A DNA stretch of 61,798 nucleotides, counting the filler, from Nemertoderma westbladi (Eukaryota > Animalia > Xenacoelomorpha), in the NCBI GenBank assembly GCA_032718475.1. It is 3 parts of 3 records of this genome, joined end to end, with 100 filler letters (N's around TTAATTAATTAA, not from the genome) between each part and the next. Parts side by side here need not be neighbours in the genome. Positions count along the whole stretch, not along the records: positions 1 to 22,026 come from JAUCBJ010001291.1; 2 more parts are not named here. The stretch is one strand, 5' to 3'. The notes under the pieces were generated by a model. It saw only the letters and a list, made by a program, of their open reading frames with translations, was not told the origin of the DNA and searched no databases. Each line of letters opens with the position of its first letter. The stretch's first letter is position 1. Positions 1-9,255 of the stretch are shown here, piece after piece. The position numbers were made by a program, and so were the translations under genes.

Positions 1-20
1 AAAATATCATGCTGCACAAC

Positions 21-131
21 GGACTAATATTACATACAGTATAACGGACTAATATTGCATACTGCATAATGTACTAATATTGCATACTGCATAATGGACT
101 AATATTGCATACTGCATAATGGACTAATACT
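21..131. repeat. 25-bp tandem minisatellite (GGACTAATATTGCATACTGCATAAT), ~4.5 copies
   Basis: Unit recurs at 21, 46, 71, 96 and 121. Confidence 0.9.
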
Positions 132-887
132 GTGGATACAGCGCCATATACCGTAACACAGTCTGCCAGTACAGCAGTAGGCCTACCTGCCTACCGGACC
201 GGTACACATCTCATAATCAGGGCAGGCGCAGGGATTACCTATTTCTTGATTAGGGCCTACTGTATTAGCCTAACAGATTACTGTAATACAGTAGGCCTAA
301 ATACAATTAAACAGAAGGCAGGAAGGTATGTCAGCCTGTTACTGGGTACTTAATGACTTAGGCTACTGCCAGACTGCAGTACTGTCAGACTGTAAGTCCA
401 GAAGTCAGTAAGTGTAAACAAGTCAGTCTGTCAGTACTGCAGTAGGCCTAAGCTGATACGGCACTCTGGCAGTAGCCAGTCTGCCAGTTGCCAGTATGGT
501 AAGAGACACATCCAGACATAATGGCAGTCTGTCATGTCAGCAGGTGGGCAGTTTCTAACATGTCTGGTGCTGTGGTGTGACATACGGCTGTAGGCCCTAC
601 GGTAATACTGTAATGTCAGGCATATGGCAGTATTGTACTGCTGTACTGTGTAACATATACTGTAAATTGTAACAGTTTAAACCCATGTGGGTCTCAATTT
701 CCAACACACATACAGACATATTTCATAGTTCGTAGTTATAGAGACGCTTTAAACTCACCTGGAACGCACTTTACTATCACACCTACATATTATCATAAAA
801 ACTCAAACATGTTACACACATGTTCCACATGATAATAAATTGTAGTAACTACGCATTGAATACCCACTTGCTTCACACTTAGGTGAA

Positions 888-1838
888 TGTTAGCTTATCC
901 AATTCCGCTAACATGAACCCACAAAGTAAGCCATAAAGCAATACTGGGAGCACGAGGTTGATTACCAATCAACCTCGTGTCAGCCCAGTAAACGGGGACA
1001 ATAGGCCCCAAAGGAGACACACACAATAGGGGTCAGGGGCCAAACCCCTAACCGAGAGAGAACACAGGGCAGTCAGGAACACTGGTCACAATATGTCCAA
1101 TTTACAGCCAGAATGTGTCCGCGGAAAACGCTCTCAGAGTGAAATTTCTCCATAGAAAACAATGCTAAATTTCATTTGAAAACCGGCAGTGAAATTTTAA
1201 CATTGGCATTCTAAAAATTATGCCATTAGAATCGTCATAAAATTCTGTATAAATTAATTTGAGAATTAGAATCTCATCGTTGGGATAACTTATCATAATA
1301 TTAAAAATAAAAATGTGCCCAGCTTCTGCTTTGAGTACTATTGGAGTTACAGCCAAAATATGTCCGGAAATATAATCGCAGCCTGTGAAGGACAAATAGT
1401 GGCTGCACGGACACTTTCTGGCTGTAAATATGTGGACAATCTTTGGCTGAGCTTCAGCCAGAAAGTGACCAGTGTTCCTAACTGCAGGGAGTGAAGGGAA
1501 ACACTCCAAAGGGTGCCAACAGGGGTATCAACCAATCAGAGGGGGGAAAGGCATCGATTGAGTAGCAATAAAGCCACCGTGCAATATAACCAGTAACCTG
1601 TAATCATTCATTCAGTTTACTCAGTCAGATCAGTAGGGTGGAACGGGGACTTCTGTCACCGTCCGCTACCGCCATCATACTTATATTACCTATTGTGTCA
1701 TACTATATTATATATATATCAGACTATTATACCTTATACATATAACCGGACGCCAGAACTCTTTTACCTTTCACATACGGCGGGGACGCGTGGATAGAAA
1801 ACCCAACGGATAAACCGGGATCCGTAGATCCCGTCACA
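888..1838 (+). repeat. 5' LTR, interrupted by a 415-bp DNA element
   Basis: Matches 8386-8916 except for the 1070-1489 insertion plus TSD and about six transitions near its 5' end; TG...CA termini. Confidence 0.95.
1070..1484. mobile_element. Non-autonomous TIR DNA element (CAGT...ACTG termini, 5-bp TSD CAGGG; hAT5-like by inference)
   Basis: 20-bp TIR CAGTCAGGAACACTGGTCAC / GTGACCAGTGTTCCTAACTG. The 3' LTR shows the empty site (ACACAGGGAGTG). Additional subterminal inverted repeats. Confidence 0.9.
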
Positions 1839-1961
1839 GTGACAGAACTAGTTCCGCCCAGCTGCCCTGACAGTGATAGAATCAGATCCGCCCAGCTGCC
1901 CTGACAGAGATAGAATAGAGCTGCCGTCCTAGCTAGCGACGACCAGCTACTAAAGACGAAG

Positions 1962-4595
1962 ATGAGTCGAGATAGAGGAACGACACCGCCGCGGACCCCG
2001 GACGACGATCTAACGATCCGCGAGGCCACGGCGAGACGATACGAACCCACGACGCCGGACGATGCTACGCCGACCACGTCGACGCACGTTGACGTCACGT
2101 CGATAACGAGCGACCCGGCGAACCAAGGTGTGGGGGGTCGTCTACAAAGAGAGATCGAGTCGAGAGGAGAGAAGAAAGACGAGTCGACACGGAAGGAGGG
2201 TCGATATGCCGATGTCGCCGGTCAGCCACAGACCGAGGGCGACGGACGGCCCACCGGAACGGCAACGGTGGAGCCGCCGGTACGACGTCGGACCCGGAGA
2301 GACAGAGGAGAGGTCGGCGACGAGGACGTCGGGGTTTCTGATCGACTTCGACGGGCCTACAACGCGACCCGGGAACAACTGAAGGAAGCTAGAGGAGGGG
2401 CTGAGATAGACCAGGTGAAGTTGAGGAGACGACTAGGTGAGTCGAACAGATACTTTGATTACCTAGTGCGTTCTGGGCAGGGAGAACTGGCCGAGGAGAG
2501 AGCGAGAGGGGTTGCCTTCGAACTGTTTGGGCTATGGGAACGTAGGGGTATGGGGCCTGGTGTAGTGTACATAGGGCCATACTTAGTCGATGCCAGGGAA
2601 GTTAAGTTAGTGGGTTGGGCGGGACCGCACGAGGGCGAATCCGAGGTTAGCTCCGAGGATTCGGTCTCGTTGGTCAGCGAGAACCCCGGAGAGCGGGGGA
2701 AAGTTAGTAGGACGGAGGGGCGGCGGGAGTCCGTCGCAACCTATAAGTCTGCTACATCCTCCGCAAAAGAAAGACGGGTGCGAGAGAGTGAACGCATGGC
2801 ATATAAATTAAAAATGGAAGAATTAGAGTGGCGACTGAGGGGAAGTAAGGAGCGAGAGAGTGAACGCGAAGAGCGTGAGGCAAGAGAACAGAGCGTGCGG
2901 TACACGTACAGTAGATACAGTAACCGTACGGGCGAGGGGGGTAGTAGTAGTACGTTAGGAAATGTTTGTATTGATAGTACCGTAGTAGATAACCCTAATA
3001 ATCCCTTTATTACAGGAAATAATATTTTACCGGGTAGTAGTAATTTAAATTTAAATACAAATACTCTAAATAATAATTTCAATTCAAACCCGCAAAATAA
3101 TTCGAATAATAATTTAAGTTTAGAGAATAGTAGTGATCTAAGTAATTTAAATAATTTAAATAATAATCCCGTTTCAAATTCTAATAATTTAATTGATTTA
3201 ACAAATAATATTGGGAATGGTGCTATTAATGTGAACGCGTCAGACGTGTATAGCCCGGCAGACGGCGGCCTGGTAGGCCACGTAGTTAGTAGACAGGAAG
3301 TGGCGGGGTTGCGCCAACCCGACGGCGGCCTGGTAGGCCACGTAGTTGGTAGGCAGGAGGTAGCGGGGTTGAGCCAACCCGGGGTGGGCCTGGTAGGCCT
3401 CGCAGTAGTAGGGAGAGAGGCGGGGGTGAATAGACCCGGCCGCAGTAGAGACAGTGTGTCGACTAGAGAGGGGTGTAGAGACGAAGTAAGAGATATTGAA
3501 GTTAGATGTGGCGGGTGGGGGGGGGCTACGGGCGCCCCACCACATGAGATTAGCGGCGAGAGAGGGGGGGCAGAGAATGCCCCACAAGAGGGGTGTAGAA
3601 GTGTAGTAAGAGGTAGTGAAGTTAGAAGTGGCGGGTGGGGGGGGGCTACGGGCGCCCCACCACGAGAGATTAGTAGCGAGAGAGGGGGGGCAGAGAGTGT
3701 CCCACAGGCGTCGGCGGATAATGCGCGGGCCGAATTAGGTAAACCGCAACACCCGGCGATGGAGAGTAATAGGGGGATTGCGAGTATCCCCAGCGGCGTG
3801 CGATCGAGCAGAGAGAGACAGGTTGACGTCGCGAGAGGGCGGGCGACGGAACGTCGAGCCCAGTTAGAAGAGAGAAGATTAGTAGAGTTTAATAGAGAGG
3901 TCGAAGATAGGAGAAGATTAGTAGAGTATAATAGAGAGGTCGGAGATAGAAGAAGATTAGCAGAGTTTAACCGAGAGGTCGAAGAGAGAAGAAAGGAAGA
4001 TAGTAGAAGAGTCGTTGCTAGGAGCAACCGGAGAGCGAGGACGGATAGCGAGCCGTCGATAGAAGAGATGGAGTTAGGGAGCCAGTGGGGTCGAACTTCG
4101 GGAGATTGCCGTCGCCCCGGAGAAACGCACCGCACACTAAGAGAGGGGTACAGGATGTACCGATACGAAGAAGAGAACAGGAGTGGGGATCGAAGAGAAA
4201 CTTCCCGACGTGATATAGCTGCCGATCGAGAGTACGGTAGTCGCGGGGAGATTCGAGATTCGAGAAGAATAAACTTCGATTCGGAAGGGCACATGCAGAC
4301 TGCAGGACATACTGTAGGCCTTACTGCACATACTATTATAGGCCATGCTGGGAGAGATAGAGTAGGCGATAGGGTAGCGCGAACGACGGGATTAAACCCG
4401 GAAGTCGCGGAGTACATACCGGTAGGTAGGCGAGAGGTAGGTAGGCCTATATCGGTACAGCAGCATGACTATAATACACAGGGACATAACATATATCCAG
4501 GGGAGGGGAGAGTTATTGTAGATAGATGTATGGGCCCCAATATATTAACATCAACCCCAGTACTAAACATACCGGTGGGGGGGGGGACAGGGTGA
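1962..4595 (+). CDS. N-terminal low-complexity part of the LTR element Gag polyprotein (877 aa; Arg/Glu-rich, Asn-rich tract, internal repeats)
   Basis: Long intact ORF starting ~120 bp after the 5' LTR. It stops just after a G10 run (4577-4586); deleting one G fuses it to the next ORF. Confidence 0.75.
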   Translation: MSRDRGTTPPRTPDDDLTIREATARRYEPTTPDDATPTTSTHVDVTSITSDPANQGVGGRLQREIESRGEKKDESTRKEGRYADVAGQPQTEGDGRPTGTATVEPPVRRRTRRDRGEVGDEDVGVSDRLRRAYNATREQLKEARGGAEIDQVKLRRRLGESNRYFDYLVRSGQGELAEERARGVAFELFGLWERRGMGPGVVYIGPYLVDAREVKLVGWAGPHEGESEVSSEDSVSLVSENPGERGKVSRTEGRRESVATYKSATSSAKERRVRESERMAYKLKMEELEWRLRGSKERESEREEREAREQSVRYTYSRYSNRTGEGGSSSTLGNVCIDSTVVDNPNNPFITGNNILPGSSNLNLNTNTLNNNFNSNPQNNSNNNLSLENSSDLSNLNNLNNNPVSNSNNLIDLTNNIGNGAINVNASDVYSPADGGLVGHVVSRQEVAGLRQPDGGLVGHVVGRQEVAGLSQPGVGLVGLAVVGREAGVNRPGRSRDSVSTREGCRDEVRDIEVRCGGWGGATGAPPHEISGERGGAENAPQEGCRSVVRGSEVRSGGWGGATGAPPREISSERGGAESVPQASADNARAELGKPQHPAMESNRGIASIPSGVRSSRERQVDVARGRATERRAQLEERRLVEFNREVEDRRRLVEYNREVGDRRRLAEFNREVEERRKEDSRRVVARSNRRARTDSEPSIEEMELGSQWGRTSGDCRRPGETHRTLREGYRMYRYEEENRSGDRRETSRRDIAADREYGSRGEIRDSRRINFDSEGHMQTAGHTVGLTAHTIIGHAGRDRVGDRVARTTGLNPEVAEYIPVGRREVGRPISVQQHDYNTQGHNIYPGEGRVIVDRCMGPNILTSTPVLNIPVGGGTG

Positions 4596-4653
4596 CATTC
4601 CCCCATCACAATATCAACAATATACCCCAATAGGAGCGAGAACATCGAACCCC

Positions 4654-7014
4654 TTGGACGAGAACAGATCATGCGACACGGAAATATGGAGGGGGCCGTT
4701 ACCCCCAATGATATATCCGACGCAACAAATTAAATCAACAACAGATAGGACGGACGGACCGCACCCAATAGGGGAGTCTATACAACATCCATCGAACCCA
4801 TTAGAAGCGCAAGCGATGGGAATGGCCACATTGATCGATGCGTTAAAAACTAGGATCGAGTTACCACCTGTGGAACCATTTAAATTCGATGGGAGTAGGC
4901 CGGAAGAATATCTACAGTTTCGGCGCATGTATAGTAACGAAATATTAAGTAAGAACTTGACGCAGGCGGCGTGCCTAAAATATCTGCAAGTATATACAGG
5001 AGGCCCAGCATACGACATCGTGAGGCAATACCAGGGCATCGAGGGCGGCTTCACGACAGCATGGCGGGCGCTAGATAGGGAATACGGGCACCCGGCCAAG
5101 ATCATCCGGCAAACCCTGAGAGGCATAACATCGGGTGGCCTACAGGACAATCCCGTTAGCATAAGGACCTTTGCAAACAAGGTCGAGAAGGCGTTAATCG
5201 TGTTAAAGACGCTAGACGCACCATATGAACTCAACGCGTCTAACAACATCACCACGATAGCGCAGGCACTGCCGATCTGGTTACGAAGGAAGTGGAGGAA
5301 GATAGCCTTCTCCACACGGGAGAAGAAGGGTGCGGAACCGGGCCTAGAAGAAATGTCGAGCTTCCTCAACTATGAAGCCGAATTAATAACAGACCCAGTC
5401 TATAGCGAGGATAGTTTGGGGACAAGCCATAAACCCGAACACGATCCTGCAGATCCACTCCCGAGAGTAGGACAATCACTACCACATGCGGCCACACAGG
5501 GGACTGCTAGTCCACAGTTGGCTGGTAGCAGGGCCACACCATGGCGGGGACAGAAAGAAAATAACACCATAAATAAACATAATCCCAATGTACCCAGTAG
5601 GCCGAATACAGACAACCAAAACACTAAATCGGTACATATAAACCTAGGCGCGATACGTGAGGGACTATACAGGGAACGCTATGATCCAGGATTCGAATGT
5701 CAATTACATCGGGATGGAACACATAAGACCAGGAGTTGTAAGCACTGGCAAGCGTTGCCCAAACAAGATCGTATAGCCTACACAGACGCGAACGGACTAT
5801 GTCATCGATGTGTGGTAGAAGGACACAGATCCGGAGAGTGTAGAGAAACAGCAGTTAGAGAGTCCGAGACTGGAGGCCAAACAATGGCTACAAGTACGCC
5901 AGAAGAGGAGAAGAAGAGAAAAGTACTACTCGGGGTAGTACCAGTAAAGATATCAGGAGAGGGCGGTCGATCAGTAACGACGTTAATGCTGGTCGACAGC
6001 GGAGCAGCCTTCACGCTGGTGGAGAACTGGGTGGCCGAAGAGATAGGGCTAAAGACGAGGCCGAACAGAATGGCGGTAACTACCGTCTCGAGTAAAGATG
6101 AGGTCCTGGAGACGAGGACAGGGCGGTGCAGGATAGCAGCGATTGCACCGGGATATGACTATGGGGCGACGATCGACCCCATCCACGTCATAGAATCGAT
6201 AAACATCAACGCCAGGCGACCAACCAACATTGAGGTCGAACAATATAGATTCCTGGACGGTATCGATTTCTCAATACCAAAGGTGGACGTTAGGAAGGTG
6301 TCCATTATAGTAGGGATGGACTGCCCGACGGCCCACGAGAGAACGAAGACGGTCTTCGGCGAAGACAGGCAGCAGGATCCGACGGCGATCCTCACGCCGT
6401 TCGGATGGACGCTTAGCGGCCCAGTTAAAATCAACATCCCATGCAGTGTGACAGAGACATCTGGGTGCATGATACCAGGCACCGAAGACGCAGAGGAAGT
6501 AGAGGAGAAACAAGAGATAGTAGAGCCAGATAGGGAGGTGACAGTAAGAAAGTGGGCAGAGGAGAGTAGGTTTCCCAGCAAGCATCGGTATGGAGATGGA
6601 GCGGAGCGGACGGCGAGGTGTCCGGAGGACAACACTCCGGAGGAGTGTCTGGAGGAGTGTCCAGAGGAGTGTCCGGAAGAGACGCAGGTCCGGGTTGGAG
6701 GCATACCGACAAGGGAGAAGTCGAGAAGGAAGGCAGGACGGAAAGGGATAGGACTACTATTGTACCTACTGTTCTGCCTGTTCTTTCACTTTCTATTCAT
6801 TCTGCCGGCGGGAGACAACAAGGAGGGAGGTGGCATTTTGATGCCAGGAGATGAGCTAGTTAAGAAAGCGGCGGAGAGACCCGATTTCAGGGTGGCAGAA
6901 GAGGGAGAACCAATTCCTGGTGAGATGGAATTGGCGAAGAGAGTACGGCGAATCCTACAGGACCTACAGGAGCAGCAGTGGGAGAGTGCCTGTTGGAAGA
7001 ATCGCCCTAGTTAA
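4654..7014 (+). CDS. BEL/Pao Gag core (DUF1759-like), Zn knuckles and aspartic protease, with a C-terminal hydrophobic segment
   Basis: FDGSRPEEYLQFRRMY...LKYLQVYTGGPA...LDREYGHP gag motif; knuckles CQLHRDGTHKTRSC and CHRCVVEGHRSGEC; LVDSGA protease; TPFGWTLSGP motif. Frame is open from 4567. Confidence 0.88.
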   Translation: MDENRSCDTEIWRGPLPPMIYPTQQIKSTTDRTDGPHPIGESIQHPSNPLEAQAMGMATLIDALKTRIELPPVEPFKFDGSRPEEYLQFRRMYSNEILSKNLTQAACLKYLQVYTGGPAYDIVRQYQGIEGGFTTAWRALDREYGHPAKIIRQTLRGITSGGLQDNPVSIRTFANKVEKALIVLKTLDAPYELNASNNITTIAQALPIWLRRKWRKIAFSTREKKGAEPGLEEMSSFLNYEAELITDPVYSEDSLGTSHKPEHDPADPLPRVGQSLPHAATQGTASPQLAGSRATPWRGQKENNTINKHNPNVPSRPNTDNQNTKSVHINLGAIREGLYRERYDPGFECQLHRDGTHKTRSCKHWQALPKQDRIAYTDANGLCHRCVVEGHRSGECRETAVRESETGGQTMATSTPEEEKKRKVLLGVVPVKISGEGGRSVTTLMLVDSGAAFTLVENWVAEEIGLKTRPNRMAVTTVSSKDEVLETRTGRCRIAAIAPGYDYGATIDPIHVIESININARRPTNIEVEQYRFLDGIDFSIPKVDVRKVSIIVGMDCPTAHERTKTVFGEDRQQDPTAILTPFGWTLSGPVKINIPCSVTETSGCMIPGTEDAEEVEEKQEIVEPDREVTVRKWAEESRFPSKHRYGDGAERTARCPEDNTPEECLEECPEECPEETQVRVGGIPTREKSRRKAGRKGIGLLLYLLFCLFFHFLFILPAGDNKEGGGILMPGDELVKKAAERPDFRVAEEGEPIPGEMELAKRVRRILQDLQEQQWESACWKNRPS

Positions 7015-7212
7015 GAGGTTTAGTCGTCCAATATTTTGGACTGAGGGGGGTGGGAATGAGGGCGAGACGCCCTTCCCACAAGAAATTAATTATTTAATTA
7101 AAAATAAAAATAAATAATAATAAATAATTAAATAATTAAAATAATAGTTAGTAGAAGTAAGAGGTAGTTCGAAGATAGGAGAGTAGAGTTAGAAGGCGGC
7201 GGGGCAAGGGAG

Positions 7213-7912
7213 TGTGGCATATTGTCATGCCACGAGTAGTAGTAGGGGGGTCGTGGGCACCGGAAGCGCCACGTAGAAAGTAGTAGGAGAGAGTGGTTGT
7301 GGGCACCGGAAGCGCCACGTAGAAAGTAGTAGCAGGGAGTGGTTGTGGGCACCGCAAGCGCCACGTAGATAGAGGTATTAGTTGAGGTGGAGATGTAGTT
7401 AGAGTGTTAGAGGTAGTAGAGAGGGCACATAGGGTGCCAGGTAGTAGTGTTAGAGGTAGTAGAGAGGGCACATAGGGTGCCAGAGAGTAGAGTAGTAGAG
7501 AGGGCACATAGGGTGCCAGGTAGTAGAGTAGTAGAGGGTAGATAGTAGAGTGGTTGTGGGCACCGTTAGCGCCACGTAGATGGAGGTAGAGTTAGTAAGA
7601 GGGTACGTAGTACTAGTTGTGGTTGTGGGCACCGTTAGCGCCACGTAGATGGAGGTAGAGTTAGTAAGAGGGTACATAGTACCGGTTGTGGTTGTGGGCA
7701 CCGTTAGCGCCACGTAGATGCAGAAAAGAGTTAATAAGAGGGTACGTAGTACCGGTTGTGGTTGTGGGCACCGTTAGCGCCACGTAGATAGAGTTAGCAG
7801 AAAGTTAGAGGGTTTTTAGTTAGAGTTAGTAGTAGAGTGGTTGTGGGCACCGCAAGCGCCACGTAGATGGAGGTAGTAGCAGAGGGTTGTGGGCACCCTA
7901 AGCGCCACGTAG
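7213..7912 (+). repeat. Array of short hairpin motifs in the 3' non-coding region of the LTR element
   Basis: Nine GTGGGCACCnnnAGCGCCACGTAG units (7253, 7299, 7345, 7556, 7625, 7694, 7764, 7843, 7889) and three GGCACATAGGGTGCC units (7424, 7467, 7504). Confidence 0.9.
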
Positions 7913-8376
7913 TAGAAGAGTTGGTAAGAGTTAGTAGACTTAGCAGAGAGTTAGTAGTTAGTAGAGTTAGATAGTTAGAGTTAGTAAGTTGGATAAGGTA
8001 GATAGTATGATAGCACAGGGATAGCATTAGAGATTAGGGCCTTAGAGAGTGGCAGAGAGTAGAGAGGAGATAGTGAGAGGAGCTGTTGGCGAGAGGGAAG
8101 AGTGCGATCCAGGTGTGGGGAGAGGGTAAGAGCGAGTTGAGTCAGAGAGCGGAGTTAGAGTGGTGAGAGTGTTGGGGAAACAAAAATTGTGTGAGAGAAG
8201 CGCACGATCGGCCCGACACGAGACGCCAGAGGGTAGTGACATCATACCCATAGGGAGCGGCCTGGAAAGCCGACTCCAAGAAAATAACCCCACCCCAGAC
8301 CCGATAATAGATCGAGTTCCAGCGGAATTGTAGCGCACTTTAGTTGGATGCTATCTTCTTACCGGGAAGATAGCAT

Positions 8377-8385
8377 GGGGGGGAG
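8377..8385 (+). other. Polypurine tract
   Basis: GGGGGGGAG directly abuts the TG of the 3' LTR. Confidence 0.85.
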
Positions 8386-8916
8386 TGTTAGCTTATCCAA
8401 TTCCGCTAACACAAACCCATAGAGTGAGCCATAAAGCAATATTGGGAGCACGAGGTTGATTACCAATCAACCTCGTGTCAGCCCAGTAAACGGGGACAAT
8501 AGGCCCCAAAGGAGACACACACAATAGGGGTCAGGGGCCAAACCCCTAACCGAGAGAGAACACAGGGAGTGAAGGGAAACACTCCAAAGGGTGCCAACAG
8601 GGGTATCAACCAATCAGAGGGGGGAAAGGCATCGATTGAGTAGCAATAAAGCCACCGTGCAATATAACCAGTAACCTGTAATCATTCATTCAGTTTACTC
8701 AGTCAGATCAGTAGGGTGGAACGGGGACTTCTGTCACCGTCCGCTACCGCCATCATACTTATATTACCTATTGTGTCATACTATATTATATATATATCAG
8801 ACTATTATACCTTATACATATAACCGGACGCCAGAACTCTTTTACCTTTCACATACGGCGGGGACGCGTGGATAGAAAACCCAACGGATAAACCGGGATC
8901 CGTAGATCCCGTCACA
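8386..8916 (+). repeat. 3' LTR (531 bp)
   Basis: Direct repeat of the 5' LTR, followed by TSD GTGAA. Contains CCAATCAG, AATAAA, TATAA and TCAGT motifs. Confidence 0.95.
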
Positions 8917-8999
8917 GTGAAGTTTCTAAAAACCACTACGCATATTTATCGCACTTAGAGCGCGCAACGCATTTGAAGCGCACTAACATTTTTCACTGG

Positions 9000-9255
9000 G
9001 CAATATAACTTCATAGTTTTGCGGATTGTAAATAACAAAGCTAGAGAAGATGTTAATTTTTAAATAATACGCCCTCTAGCGGCAGACTGGGGAACTTCAG
9101 ACTACTCTATGTCTCCGCAAAAAATATTGCCTATGCCGTAGTAGATGCAGATTGGGGGGTCAAAATTAAGTAATAATATATCTAAATAAGCCTCAAACAT
9201 CTTGCCTCATGGCTCGCCCCTTAGAACTCTTAAGCAATATAACTTCATAGTTTTT
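9000..9255 (+). repeat. Interspersed repeat (~235-bp internal unit) carrying GCCCTCTAGCGGC; inverted copy at 21470-21722
   Basis: Reverse complement matches 21470-21722; CAATATAACTTCATAGTTTT recurs at 9001 and 9235. Confidence 0.75.

Larger units (their letters stand above)
888..8916 (+). mobile_element. Complete non-autonomous BEL/Pao LTR retrotransposon (gag-protease only, no RT/RNaseH/integrase)
   Basis: Two matching TGTTAGC...GTCACA LTRs (888-1838, 8386-8916), 5-bp TSD GTGAA (883-887, 8917-8921), G-rich PPT 8377-8385, internal BEL-type gag, Zn knuckles and DSG protease. Confidence 0.93.

Noticed and set aside
2741-4417. 558-aa antisense ORF and other minus-strand ORFs over gag and CRE
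   Set aside because: Shadow ORFs of purine-rich or GC-rich coding sequence, with no recognisable motifs.
7250-7912. CRISPR-like repeat-spacer array
   Set aside because: Spacers are low-complexity and related to each other, and the array lies inside an LTR element. It is kept as a hairpin array instead.
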